Assembly: GCA_024637145.1 (NCBI GenBank)
Contig: JAGXFQ010000039.1
Span: 2,860 to 66,859, forward strand
Reading direction: 5' to 3'
Length of the DNA stretch: 64,000 bases
DNA from: Desulfobulbaceae bacterium
GTDB taxonomy: Bacteria; Desulfobacterota; Desulfobulbia; Desulfobulbales; SURF-16
This document shows positions 51,090 through 60,704 of the stretch, piece by piece (positions within the stretch are counted from its first letter, which is position 1; each line of letters opens with the position of its first letter). Both the position numbers and the translations under genes were made by a program. Below the pieces are notes generated by a model. It saw only the letters and a program-made list of their open reading frames with translations, did no database searches and was not told where the DNA came from.

Positions 51090-52390
51090 GCCCTCGGCGC
51101 CTCCAAAAGTGTGGCAATGACCTGAAGATGGCGAGCCGTGACCCCCTGCCGCTCTTCAACAAAAGCGCGGGCCCGCTGTCCTGCCCTTTGCCGGGCAACC
51201 TGGTCTGCGGCCAGGAGTTGCAGGGCCTGGCAGAGATCAGCCACATCCTTCACCTGCCGGGCCGCCTCCTCAGCCAGCATCTCACTGACAATATCGGCAA
51301 AATCCGCCGTATAAGGGCCAAACAGGACGGGCTTGCCAAAGGCGGCCGGCTCCAAGGGGTTATGCCCCCCAAAAGGCACCAGACTGCCGCCGACAAAAAC
51401 CAGGTCAGCCAGCTGATAAAAATCCACCAGCTCCCCCATACTATCAACAACAAGCAGCTCCTTATCAGCCCAGGCCACGCCCTTTTCACTGCGGCGCACC
51501 ACGGAGAAGCCAAGGCTGCCGTAGAGAGCGGCAATCTCAGGACCTCGTTGGATATTACGGGGCGCAATAACCAGGAAGAGCTCCGGAAACTCCTGGCGCA
51601 GCTTGCTGAAACAAGGCGCCAGGAGTTTCTCTTCCCCTGGGTGGGTGGAACCCACCACGATGATCAATTTTCCCTCCGGCAGGGCCAGGGGATCTTTACC
51701 CTGCCGGCGCCGGGGTCGAAAGCTGGGCAGAGCGGCATCGATCTTCAGGTTCCCAAGCGCACATACCTTGGCAGGGGCGATGCCCAGGGCGCCCATCTTG
51801 TCAACATCAGCAGCGGTCTGCATGCTGAGAAGATGAAAAGAGTCAAAAAGGGGGGCAAAGAAAAAGGCGAATCTCTGAAAGCGCCGAAATGAGGCCGCCG
51901 AGATTCGACCATTAACCAGAATGGCCGGCGTCCCGGTCTGCTTGAGCGTGGCCAGAAAATTGGGCCAGAAATCGGTCTCCACCTGCACAAAGAGATCCGG
52001 CTGCAAGGTCCTGATAAAAAAACGTACCACCCAGAAATGATCCAGGGGGAAATCTACAAAGCGGTCCACCACCTCCGCCAGCACTTCCCTGCCATAATGG
52101 CCACCGCTCCGGGTGGAGGTGGAGAGAAAAATCTGGGCCTCAGGGTAGTGATTGCGCAGGCCGCGCACCAGTGATACAACGGAGGAGACCTCGCCCACGG
52201 ACAGGGCATGCACCCATATCCGCTGCCTGCCTGACGGCAGGCCGGCAACCTGTTCGTGCAGGCCGCGGCCGAGACGGGCCAGGATGCGGCCGCGATAGCG
52301 CGGCGTCACCGCCACAAAAAGGGCCAGAGGCACTCCCAGCACCACGATCACCAGATGCTGCAAAACATTATAAAAAAAGCGAATTATCAA
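51086..52390 (-). CDS. waaA: 3-deoxy-D-manno-octulosonic acid transferase
   Basis: The N-terminal TM helix is followed by WVHALSVGEV (E. coli: MLHSVSVGET). GT-B fold motifs follow (..GGSL.P.GGHNPLEPAAFGKPVLFGP..). It overlaps the lpxK start by 4 nt. The only start near the N-terminus is TTG at 52390. Confidence 0.85.
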   Translation of the reverse strand: MIIRFFYNVLQHLVIVVLGVPLALFVAVTPRYRGRILARLGRGLHEQVAGLPSGRQRIWVHALSVGEVSSVVSLVRGLRNHYPEAQIFLSTSTRSGGHYGREVLAEVVDRFVDFPLDHFWVVRFFIRTLQPDLFVQVETDFWPNFLATLKQTGTPAILVNGRISAASFRRFQRFAFFFAPLFDSFHLLSMQTAADVDKMGALGIAPAKVCALGNLKIDAALPSFRPRRRQGKDPLALPEGKLIIVVGSTHPGEEKLLAPCFSKLRQEFPELFLVIAPRNIQRGPEIAALYGSLGFSVVRRSEKGVAWADKELLVVDSMGELVDFYQLADLVFVGGSLVPFGGHNPLEPAAFGKPVLFGPYTADFADIVSEMLAEEAARQVKDVADLCQALQLLAADQVARQRAGQRARAFVEERQGVTARHLQVIATLLEAPRA

Positions 52391-53124
52391 TGAATATTAT
52401 CCTTTTTGATAGAGATGAAAGAGACGGCAACACCCTTATGCTCACCGGTCGCCGGGCCGAGCATATCATCAAAATTTTAAAAAGCAAAGCAGGCGACATC
52501 CTCAAGACCGGAATCATCACCGGCCCCACCGGCACCTCCACTGTCCGCCAGATTGCCGGCACCACAGTGGAACTGCTTGTCGGGGATCACAAAACCCAAC
52601 CTGTCCCCCCCCTGGTGGATATTGTGCTGGCCCTGCCCCGCCCCATCATGCTGAAAAGGGTTCTGGCCCAGGTGGCAACCTTCGGCACAGGCCATCTCTT
52701 CCTCATCAACTCCAGACGGGTGGAAAAAAGCTTTTTCAGCGCCTCCCTTCTGCAGGAGAGCAAGATGAAACAGCGTCTGCTGGCCGGCCTTGAACAGGCC
52801 GGCGCCACCCTTCTCCCCGGCATCTCCGTCCATAGCCGCTTCCGCCCCTTTGTGGAAGAGAGCTTACCGGCAATGGCCCCAGATTATCAGGCGATGATTC
52901 TGGCCCACCCCGGCTCCCCCTGCAACCTCGGCCAACTTCTGCCCCCCCCTCTCCACGGCCGGATCCTGCTGATCATCGGCCCTGAAGGGGGCTGGGTCGA
53001 CTTCGAGGTCTCTCTCTTCACAGAGCAAGGGGCACGCCCCTTTCATCTCGGGCCCCGCATCCTCAGGGTGGACAGCGTGGTCCCCTCCCTTCTCGGTCAG
53101 CTCGACCTGCTGCGCCGTCTTTGA
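52390..53124 (+). CDS. rsmE: 16S rRNA (uracil1498-N3)-methyltransferase
   Basis: Trimmed to the ATG at 52390. It has a PUA-like N-terminus, LALPRP...KR.L.......G, and IIGPEGGW...E.......G.....LGPRILRV, the RsmE SPOUT signature. Confidence 0.8.
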   Translation: MNIILFDRDERDGNTLMLTGRRAEHIIKILKSKAGDILKTGIITGPTGTSTVRQIAGTTVELLVGDHKTQPVPPLVDIVLALPRPIMLKRVLAQVATFGTGHLFLINSRRVEKSFFSASLLQESKMKQRLLAGLEQAGATLLPGISVHSRFRPFVEESLPAMAPDYQAMILAHPGSPCNLGQLLPPPLHGRILLIIGPEGGWVDFEVSLFTEQGARPFHLGPRILRVDSVVPSLLGQLDLLRRL

Positions 53125-53131
53125 AGGAGTA

Positions 53132-54724
53132 TCAAGAGCGGATCCTTGCCAGCACTTTCTCCACCAGGCTCTCCACCTCCTGCAAACGAAAGGCGACAAC
53201 AAGAGCACCATACACAAAAGCGCCGCCAGCCACACACAAAAATAGAGCAACCACCTGGGCAATAAAGGAGCCAACAAGCCACGCCTCAAACAACCAGACA
53301 AGGCCAGAGACGCACAGAGACATGAGGGCGGAAGCGACAAGGATTTTCAGCAGCCCCTTACCCATATAGAGCAAGGAAAACCCGGAAAGTTTGCGATAGA
53401 GCATGACCAGCAGAAAGATAAAATTACAGGCCATTGCCCCGGAAAGGGCCAGGGCCGTGGCCCGGTAGCTCAAGGTGTCGATCAGACTGACCACCAGCAG
53501 CAGATTGGCCCCCACGCCGATAAAACTGCCGATAACCGGATATCTGGTGTCGCCCAGGGCGTAAAAAACAGGAACGGTTATTTTCACGGCCGCATAGGCA
53601 AAAAGCCCCAGAGAATAAAAACGGATGGCCTCGGCAGTGCGGCTGACATCAAAACTGGTAAAACTGCCGTGTCCGAAGAGAACCCGGACAATGGGCTCTG
53701 CCAAAATCCACAAACCGCAGGCGGCCGGTATGGTGAGACAGAATCCCATGGTTAAAGAAGAGACAAAGGCCTCTTTGAGGGGCCCGAATTGTCGGCGGGC
53801 CGCATAGCGGGCAATTAAAGGCAGACTGGCCATGGAAAGGGCCACCCCGAAAACCCCGATGGGCAACTGCATGAGACGGAAGGCATACTGGAGCCAAGAA
53901 ACACTGCCCTGTTCGCAGGAAGAGGCAAAATTGGTATTAATGAAGATATTAAGCTGGGTGGCGGAAAGACCGATCACCGCGGGAACCATCAGGGCGAGAA
54001 TACGATGCAGACCCGGATCCTTGAGATCAAGATAGGGTTGAAAGCGAAAGCCGACCCTGCGCAAGAGGGGCAGTTGGCAGCCCAGTTGCAGACCGCCACC
54101 GATAAGGGTTCCCACGGCCATGCCGGCAATGGCCGGTTGGCCGATCCGAGTAAAGAGATAGGCAAAGCCGAGACCACCGACAATTGAGCCCAGGTTAAAA
54201 AAAGAAGAGGCCATGGCCGGCACAAAAAACTTGCCCTTGGTGTTCAAGGCGCCCATGACCACGGCCGCCAGCGAAATCAAGACCAGAAAGGGAAACATGA
54301 TCATGGTGAGCATAGTGGTCAAGGCCACCTTGCCCGGTTCCTGCTCAAAGTCACCCTTGACCAGGAGCAGAACAATATCTTCAGCAAAATAGATCCCAGC
54401 CAGGGTCAGCAGACTCAAAAAAACGGCAAAAAAGGCCAGCACATTATTGGCCAGCCGCCAAGTCTCCTCCTCTCCCCTGGTGGCCTCATAATCAGAAAAC
54501 ACTGCCACAAACGCCGCTGAGAGGGCCCCTTCGCCAAAGAGATCCCGCAGGAGATTGGGTATACGGAAGGCGACAACAAAGGCATCATAGGCATAGCCGG
54601 CCCCAAAATAAAAGGCAAAGACCTGTTCGCGGACAAGGCCTAACACCCTGCTGCACATCACCGCAAAGCCGACGGTTCCCGCTGAACGCGCTATGGTGCC
54701 TGTATCGTTGGATGCCTGTTTCAT
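53132..54724 (-). CDS. murJ: Lipid II flippase MurJ (MviN)
   Basis: 530-aa polytopic ORF. SRVLGLVREQVFAFYFGAGYAYDAFVVAFRIPNLLRDLFGEGALSAAFV is the conserved MurJ N-terminus. Confidence 0.9.
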   Translation of the reverse strand: MKQASNDTGTIARSAGTVGFAVMCSRVLGLVREQVFAFYFGAGYAYDAFVVAFRIPNLLRDLFGEGALSAAFVAVFSDYEATRGEEETWRLANNVLAFFAVFLSLLTLAGIYFAEDIVLLLVKGDFEQEPGKVALTTMLTMIMFPFLVLISLAAVVMGALNTKGKFFVPAMASSFFNLGSIVGGLGFAYLFTRIGQPAIAGMAVGTLIGGGLQLGCQLPLLRRVGFRFQPYLDLKDPGLHRILALMVPAVIGLSATQLNIFINTNFASSCEQGSVSWLQYAFRLMQLPIGVFGVALSMASLPLIARYAARRQFGPLKEAFVSSLTMGFCLTIPAACGLWILAEPIVRVLFGHGSFTSFDVSRTAEAIRFYSLGLFAYAAVKITVPVFYALGDTRYPVIGSFIGVGANLLLVVSLIDTLSYRATALALSGAMACNFIFLLVMLYRKLSGFSLLYMGKGLLKILVASALMSLCVSGLVWLFEAWLVGSFIAQVVALFLCVAGGAFVYGALVVAFRLQEVESLVEKVLARIRS

Positions 54725-55126
54725 GGTGTTTTTAGTCAGATCGCAGGGGAACTCGTCATTAGGCAGGGAAGAGGCGGTGTGACAACATGCCGCAACAGGG
54801 GCTGCTGCTGGCAGAATCCGCCTTTTTCCGGAAATTATAGTGCTTGCTTTCTAGCAGGTCAGCCTTTACTATACTTGCCATAGCGAGGTTAACCAGCCGT
54901 TTTAAATCGCTATCTCTTAAAAAGATGTGAGGCCACACAGGCAGCCCCTGTTCCTCGTCAAAACAGGGAAAAGGCAGCACCTGACAGCAGTATTGTATTT
55001 TACCGGTCAATCTCCTCAACCGGCAGGATCCAGCAATCAGGCCTTTTCTTACCAGTGTTTCATAGATGACGCCAATGCTTTACATTCGCCTGACGCTCTT
55101 TAGCATCTGACGCACGGAGAAATTTC

Positions 55127-56782
55127 ATGGGGATTGCAACGGTCACCAAAAATATCGTCCTCCTCGGCCACTCCAAGGCCGGCAAAACAGCCCTTAGCCG
55201 CGCCCTGCTTAAAGCGGCCGGCGTTGAAAATCCAGTCATTGATAAAGACCCGGAATCCCTGGCCCACGGCATGACCACCACCTCCAGCCATTTCCACTTC
55301 AGCTGGCATGGGGCCAACACGGTGATCACCAACACCCCGGGGGATGACAATTTCCTTCATGAAGCCGATATCATGGCCCACATCAGCGACAATGCCGTGC
55401 TCACCATTTGTGCGGACGAGGCCCATAAATTCCAGACAGAAAAGGCGGCCCGTCTTATTCAGCAATCCACCATGCCCGCCATTCTTTTCATTAACCGAAT
55501 GGATGAGGAGAAGGCGGATTTCAGGGGCACTCTGGCGGCAATCCGTAAAAATATTCTCCTGGATCCTGCCATCCTCTACCTGCCCATTGGCAGCGGCACT
55601 GAATTTTGCGGTCTCATCGATGTAATCGGCGAAAAAGCCCTCTATTTCAAGACAGACAGCCCAGCCGCCCTCACCGAGGCGGAGATCCCCCTTGCCCTGC
55701 AAAAGGAGGCCTATCTGGCCCTTGAAAAACTGATGGAACAAGTTGCGGAAACAGATGATGAGCTTATTGAGGAATTGCTTGAAGAAGGCGAGCTTGACCA
55801 TGAAGATCTTGTCGCTGGCCTGAAAAAAGCGGTTGCCTCGGGCGCCCTGTCACCTGTGCTGCCCGGGGCAGCCAAAAAAGGTTTTGGGGCAGGGCTTCTT
55901 CTGGAGATGAGCCACAGCCTCTTTCCCGAAGGCGGCCAGATGGAGGCGCCGCCCCGCTGCCAGATCTTCAAGGTGGAGCACGATGCCAAGATGGGCACCC
56001 TTTACTACTGCAAGGTTGATTCCGGCACCATCCACACCGGCACCCTGTACAATATCAGCCAAAACAGTGAGGAAAAAGCGACAACCTTTTATATCCCCTT
56101 CGGCGGCACCCTTAAACAGACAGAGAGCCTCACCGCCGGCATGATCGGCGTCCTTGTCGACCTGAAGAAGAGCGCTCCCGGCGACACCCTGGCCCACTCT
56201 CCAGAGGCCCAACCCCTGGAACCGCTGCCTGTGGTGGCACGCTCTCATTGCACCTATGCCATTGCCTGCAAAAACCCCACAGAGAAGGGCCGCCTGCAGG
56301 AGGCCCTTGCAAAAATAATGGCGGAAGACCCGGCCCTGCACCTGGACCAGGAACCAAAAACCGGCGAAACACTTCTTTCCGGCCAGGGCCGCCTCCACCT
56401 TGAGACTGCCTGCAAGCGGATATCCCGCAAATTCGGCATTGAGCTTCTGCTTACCCTGCCCACAGTCCCCTATCAGGAAAAACAACAGGAGGGCAGGGAG
56501 CAGATTCTCCTTGAACCCCTGATGAGCCTGGCAATCACCCTGCCGGACGATTGTGTCGGCGAAGTCATTAAAGATCTTGGAAAACGTCGCGGCAAAATCA
56601 TGGAAATTCGCTCTGAGGCCAGCAACGAGGTCATTGTCAGCCAGGTGCCCATGGCTGAAATTCTTGAATATGGCAGCGACCTGGCCCAGTTGACCGGCGG
56701 CCGGGCCAGCTTCAAGGCTGTTTTCTCCCACTATGAACAGCTTGACGATAATGCGGTTCTGCACAAAAGTGCCGTGGTATGA
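55127..56782 (+). CDS. EF-G-like translational-GTPase paralogue lacking domain IV, with altered G3/G4 motifs
   Basis: GGAG lies 7 nt upstream. G1 is GHSKAGKT, G3 is NTPGD (canonical DTPGH), and G4 is NRMD (canonical NKMD). The domain II, III and V patterns are present (FKVEHDAKMGTLYYCKV; ALAKIMAEDPALHL; ILLEPLMSLAITLPDDCVGEVIKDLGKRRG..GRASF). Domain III joins domain V directly (..TVPYQEKQQEGREQILLEP..), and the protein is 551 aa. Confidence 0.75.
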   Translation: MGIATVTKNIVLLGHSKAGKTALSRALLKAAGVENPVIDKDPESLAHGMTTTSSHFHFSWHGANTVITNTPGDDNFLHEADIMAHISDNAVLTICADEAHKFQTEKAARLIQQSTMPAILFINRMDEEKADFRGTLAAIRKNILLDPAILYLPIGSGTEFCGLIDVIGEKALYFKTDSPAALTEAEIPLALQKEAYLALEKLMEQVAETDDELIEELLEEGELDHEDLVAGLKKAVASGALSPVLPGAAKKGFGAGLLLEMSHSLFPEGGQMEAPPRCQIFKVEHDAKMGTLYYCKVDSGTIHTGTLYNISQNSEEKATTFYIPFGGTLKQTESLTAGMIGVLVDLKKSAPGDTLAHSPEAQPLEPLPVVARSHCTYAIACKNPTEKGRLQEALAKIMAEDPALHLDQEPKTGETLLSGQGRLHLETACKRISRKFGIELLLTLPTVPYQEKQQEGREQILLEPLMSLAITLPDDCVGEVIKDLGKRRGKIMEIRSEASNEVIVSQVPMAEILEYGSDLAQLTGGRASFKAVFSHYEQLDDNAVLHKSAVV

Positions 56783-57291
56783 GCAGGGAAACCACCGAAA
56801 CCTATTGCTGCGGCATACTCACCATCAGCGACAAAGGTTCCCGGGGGGAACGGCAGGATACCAGCGGCCCGCAACTCCGGGAACAATTAGGCGCTGCCGG
56901 CCCGTATATCATCAGCAAATACGCCATTGTCGCCGATGACCCCACAGCCATCACCGCCACCCTGACCAACTGGTGCGACAGGCAGGGCCTGGATCTCATC
57001 CTGACCACCGGCGGCACCGGCGTGAGTCCCAGTGACCAGACCCCGGAAACCACCCGTCCCCTGCTTGACAAAGAGATACCGGGCATAAGCGAGATGATGC
57101 GCATGGCAAGTTTCCAAAAGACAGCCCATGCCGTCCTTTCCCGAGGCGTGGCCGGTATCCGCAAGAGATGCCTGATCATCAATCTGCCAGGCAGTGAACG
57201 AGCGGCCCGGGAAAACCTGGAAACCATCCTTCCCGGCCTGGCCCACGCCATTTACAAAATAAAGGGCGGCAGCAAGGATTGCGGCAGCTGA
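56779..57291 (+). CDS. mog: MogA/MoaB-family molybdopterin adenylyltransferase
   Basis: The ATG overlaps the upstream stop (ATGA). ILTISDKGS.G.R.D.SGP, LILTTGGTGVSPSD.TPE and LSRGVAGIR...LIINLPGS are MoaB/MogA signatures. Confidence 0.8.
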   Translation: MSRETTETYCCGILTISDKGSRGERQDTSGPQLREQLGAAGPYIISKYAIVADDPTAITATLTNWCDRQGLDLILTTGGTGVSPSDQTPETTRPLLDKEIPGISEMMRMASFQKTAHAVLSRGVAGIRKRCLIINLPGSERAARENLETILPGLAHAIYKIKGGSKDCGS

Positions 57292-57364
57292 CCTGCGGTT
57301 TTCTGGCACCAAAAGATACCTAAGGGATAGGCCATAACAAAAAAAGCCCTCCAGCAAAAAACAT

Positions 57365-57406
57365 AAAAAAAGGGCCGTGAGGATTAAACCCTCACGGCCC
57401 TTTTTT
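57365..57406. terminator. Bidirectional terminator between mog and convergent purM
   Basis: AAAAAAA-GGGCCGTGAGG(57372-82)-ATTAAAC-CCTCACGGCCC(57390-400)-TTTTTT: a perfect 11-bp stem. Confidence 0.8.
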
Positions 57407-57429
57407 ATGTTACCAACAGGCGATTCGCC

Positions 57430-58479
57430 TCAGACAAAGATAACGGAATCTTCACCATCCGCACGGGCAGCAACCTCGCCAATAATATAAGGCGATTCAC
57501 CCAGGGCCGTGAGCTGCGAAACAACATCATCCACCACCTTTTCATCAACAACCACCGCCATACCGATACCGTAGTTGAAGGTCCGTCTCATCTCAGCCAC
57601 CGGCACATTGCCCTTTGCCTGGAGGAATTGAAAAATGGGCTGGATGGGCCAGCTGCCTTCATTAATCACCGCCTTACTACCCTTGGGCAGAACACGGGGG
57701 ATATTATCATCAAAACCGCCGCCGGTGATATGAACCAGACCGCGAACCTTAAAGTTCTTAAAAAGGTTGAGCATGGACTCGGTATAAATCCGGGTGGGCC
57801 GAATCAGCTCTTCACCCAAGGTGCAGCCCAGCTCATCCACATAATCATCCACCTTGAGGCCAAGCTCATCAAAACAGATTTTACGCACAAGGGAATAACC
57901 GTTGGAGTGAATGCCGCTGGAAGAGAGCCCGATAATCTTGTCCCCCACCTTGATTTCAGAGCCGTCAATGAGCTTGTCACGTTCGGCGATACCCACCACA
58001 AAACCGGCCAGGTCATAGTCACCGGCAGAATAGAGGCCAGGCATCTCCGCTGTTTCTCCGCCGATAAGAGAGCATTTGGAGATCTCACAACCCTTGGCAA
58101 TACCCCTGACAACATCAACGGCCACGGCGGTGTCAAGCTTGCCCACCGAGAAATAATCGAGGAAAAAAAGAGGCTGGGCCCCACAAACCACGATATCATT
58201 GACACACATGGCCACAAGATCAATACCGATAGTGTCATGTTTGTTACACAGGTTGGCCACCATGAGCTTGGTGCCGACGCCGTCTGTGGAGGAGACCAGC
58301 ACAGGATCCTTGTAGCGATCACCGCCCAGGGCAAAAAGGCCTCCGAAACCGCCGATATCGGTCAAGACTCCCCGCCTGTAGGTTGACGAGACAATGGGCT
58401 TAATCTCATCTATAAAATCATTTGCCTTGTCAATATCAACACCGGCTTCTGCATAACGTGAGGAGGATGATTTACTCAT
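57430..58479 (-). CDS. purM: Phosphoribosylformylglycinamidine cyclo-ligase (AIR synthetase)
   Basis: YAEAGVDID, STDGVGTKL, IGIDLVAMCVNDI, GGETAEMPG and HSNGYSL are the PurM motifs. Length is 349 aa. Confidence 0.9.
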   Translation of the reverse strand: MSKSSSSRYAEAGVDIDKANDFIDEIKPIVSSTYRRGVLTDIGGFGGLFALGGDRYKDPVLVSSTDGVGTKLMVANLCNKHDTIGIDLVAMCVNDIVVCGAQPLFFLDYFSVGKLDTAVAVDVVRGIAKGCEISKCSLIGGETAEMPGLYSAGDYDLAGFVVGIAERDKLIDGSEIKVGDKIIGLSSSGIHSNGYSLVRKICFDELGLKVDDYVDELGCTLGEELIRPTRIYTESMLNLFKNFKVRGLVHITGGGFDDNIPRVLPKGSKAVINEGSWPIQPIFQFLQAKGNVPVAEMRRTFNYGIGMAVVVDEKVVDDVVSQLTALGESPYIIGEVAARADGEDSVIFV

Positions 58480-58961
58480 ATTTATCGAATTTGATTTAAT
58501 GGTTTATAATTTAAAACAAGGGGCTGTCAGGACCGAAGAAAAATTTACAAAAAAGATTCGATACTTTCTTTGAATTGCCCGGCAGAAGACCCTGAGACGC
58601 ATATAACAACTTATATGGCAGAGAAAGGGAACTTAAATACTCCAATTCAGGGAGAAATGTCAAACAAATTATGAACATGAACCACACAACAGCGTGTAGG
58701 TCACAAAAACACTATACAACAAAGAGAGTAGTTCCTTAACTTTTTTTCAGCATCTCTCCAAGAAAATAGATTTGCCTTTACCTTTTGGAGAGATAGGCCA
58801 TGAGAGACTAAAAAAGCGTTTGACAGCAGGAACGAGGGCATGGTAATTAGACAAACTTTATATTTTGATAAAGGATCACCTATCGGCTCTTGGCGAGGCG
58901 ATACTGTTGACCCATCACCTTCTTGCCCTATCAAGGGGCCTTACGTCCATAAGGAGGACCT

Positions 58962-59324
58962 ATGGAAAAGTACGAAACCATATCCATCATCAGGCCTAAT
59001 GCTACTGAAGAGATCATCACGGCCATCAGCGACAAAACCGCAGCCATCATCGCTAAAACAGGCGGTGAAATCCTCAAGATAGACAAATGGGGCCTCAGGC
59101 AACTGGCCTATCCCATCAAAAAAGAGCCCCATGGCTACTATGTTTATACCGTTTTCTCCGGCAACGGCGCCGGGGTTGATGAGATGGAGAGGATCTTCAA
59201 AATTGATGACAATGTCTTAAAATACATGACCATCAAACTGGACAAAAACTTTGTTCTGAGTGACAAATCCTATGCAAACCAGGCCGAAGGCACTGACGAT
59301 TCTTTCAATGACGAAGAAGAGTAA
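58962..59324 (+). CDS. rpsF: 30S ribosomal protein S6
   Basis: AAGGAGG lies upstream. MEKYETISIIRPN....I......I...GGEI.KIDKWG.RQLAYPIKK...GYYV matches S6, with an acidic C-terminal tail. Confidence 0.9.
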   Translation: MEKYETISIIRPNATEEIITAISDKTAAIIAKTGGEILKIDKWGLRQLAYPIKKEPHGYYVYTVFSGNGAGVDEMERIFKIDDNVLKYMTIKLDKNFVLSDKSYANQAEGTDDSFNDEEE

Positions 59325-59388
59325 CAGAGGCCCCAAGCCCTCCCAGACTTAACAGATTTAGCTTAATTTAATATATAAGGATAAGCTC

Positions 59389-59643
59389 ATGAAACCCACA
59401 GGTACCAGACACAAGAAAAAGATTTTCCAGCGTCGCAGGGTATGCCGCTTTTGTGCGGATAAGGAACTGACCATTGACTATAAAGAAGTTAAGGTCCTGC
59501 GCAATTATCTGAGCGAGCGCGGCAAGATCATTCCCCGCCGGATTTACGGAAACTGCGCCAAGCACCAGCGCCAAATGACTGAGGCCATTAAAAGAGCTCG
59601 TCAGATCGCCCTGTTGCCTTATGCCGGCAACCCGCAGGCCTAG
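59389..59643 (+). CDS. rpsR: 30S ribosomal protein S18
   Basis: RRRVCRFC......IDYK.V..L..Y.SERGKI.PRR..G.CAKHQR....AIKRAR..ALLPY is the S18 pattern. Confidence 0.9.
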   Translation: MKPTGTRHKKKIFQRRRVCRFCADKELTIDYKEVKVLRNYLSERGKIIPRRIYGNCAKHQRQMTEAIKRARQIALLPYAGNPQA

Positions 59644-59662
59644 GGAATTCGTGCCGGATGCG

Positions 59663-60619
59663 ATGCCCACCACAGGTTCAGAACCGCAGAAACAGTGGCG
59701 CGCGGTTCTCCTGACATCACTGCTGTGCGGGCTTCCGGCCCTCAGTCCTGTTTTTGATTTTCTCCACTTCCTGCTCCCTCTGGCCCCCTTTTATTTCAGT
59801 GTCACCTTGGGCCAGAAAAGAGGGCAACACGTTTGCCTTTTTGCCTTTATCATTGCCGGCCTTTTTTCTGTGCTGGCCGGCAATATCGGCAATGCCATTT
59901 TCCCCCTGATTCTCTTTCCGGTGGGCTTTCTCCTGGCATGGGCAATGGAGAAAAGGAAAACAATTGCCTGGGCAGGAGTCGCGGCCACAGGTGCTGTCCT
60001 GCTGGGATGGCTGGCAGCTGGTCTGCTGTTTTGGCAGTCAACCGGTCTTAATCCCTACAGCCAGGGATTGGCGGCCATGGATCAAACCATGGCGGCCATG
60101 GCGGAGATGTACACCACCTCCGGAGATTTCTCGCCAGAGGTGGTGAAAGAGATAGAGCAAGGTTTTGATCAGGCCCGCCAGAAAATGCCCCAGATCTTCC
60201 CGGCATTGCTCATTATTTCTGCCATTGTGATCAGTTGGCTCAACATGGTCCTGGGAAATCATCTCCTTGAGCGTTTCGCTCCGGAACGGACCATATGGCC
60301 GCCCTACCGTTTCTGGAGATTGCCCGACAATCTGGTCTGGCTGGTGATTCTGGCAGGAGTATGTACCATAGTGCCGGTGACAGCTGTTAAGGCAGTGGGC
60401 CTGAATAGCCTTCTCCTTATGGGGAATATTTATTTTTTCCAGGGAGTGGCTGTCCTTTTTGCCATGATGGCAAGATGGAATGCCCCAAAGGCCATCAGGA
60501 TTTTTATATATATATTTATCTTTATCCAGACCTACTCCATTGTTCTGCTTGCCGTTCTGGGGATTGTGGATGTCTGGAAGGATTTAGGTAACATTTACAA
60601 GGAAGAAGAGACGCCGTAG
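59663..60619 (+). CDS. DUF2232 (YybS-like) polytopic membrane protein
   Basis: ATG at 59663 (in-frame GTG at 59651 also possible). There are about 8 TM helices. Its position between rpsR and rplI mirrors the yybS position in Firmicutes. Confidence 0.55.
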   Translation: MPTTGSEPQKQWRAVLLTSLLCGLPALSPVFDFLHFLLPLAPFYFSVTLGQKRGQHVCLFAFIIAGLFSVLAGNIGNAIFPLILFPVGFLLAWAMEKRKTIAWAGVAATGAVLLGWLAAGLLFWQSTGLNPYSQGLAAMDQTMAAMAEMYTTSGDFSPEVVKEIEQGFDQARQKMPQIFPALLIISAIVISWLNMVLGNHLLERFAPERTIWPPYRFWRLPDNLVWLVILAGVCTIVPVTAVKAVGLNSLLLMGNIYFFQGVAVLFAMMARWNAPKAIRIFIYIFIFIQTYSIVLLAVLGIVDVWKDLGNIYKEEETP

Positions 60620-60704
60620 GCTGCTCCCCTCCTCTTTGTTTGAAAAATATATCCCGAAACCGGGATGCAATAGACAACAGGTTTATCTACCTGAGGTGAA
60701 CATT

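Noticed and set aside
52171-52389. 73-codon N-terminal extension of the rsmE ORF.
   Set aside because: It lies antisense within waaA and is Arg/Pro/Gly-rich. The internal ATG at 52390 gives the canonical RsmE N-terminus (MNIILF..).
54759-55019. 86-aa minus-strand ORF just upstream of murJ.
   Set aside because: I could not see an SD or a family resemblance. It lies in the divergent promoter region between murJ and the EF-G-like gene. It remains unannotated and uncertain.
55850-56764. 304-aa minus-strand ORF, plus 55100..55801 (233 aa), opposite the EF-G-like gene.
   Set aside because: Both are antisense to a gene with translational-GTPase motifs in the correct order. They have low-complexity Ala/Gly/Leu-rich sequence and no family features.
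58880-58961. Possible S6:S18-binding autoregulatory leader upstream of rpsF. A small CCTTA..TAAGG stem overlaps the SD, and a weak TTGACA-N16/17-GGTAAT promoter lies at 58820-58848.
   Set aside because: I cannot verify the published motif's structure or conserved bulge by eye, and the -10 match is poor. It needs a covariance-model scan.
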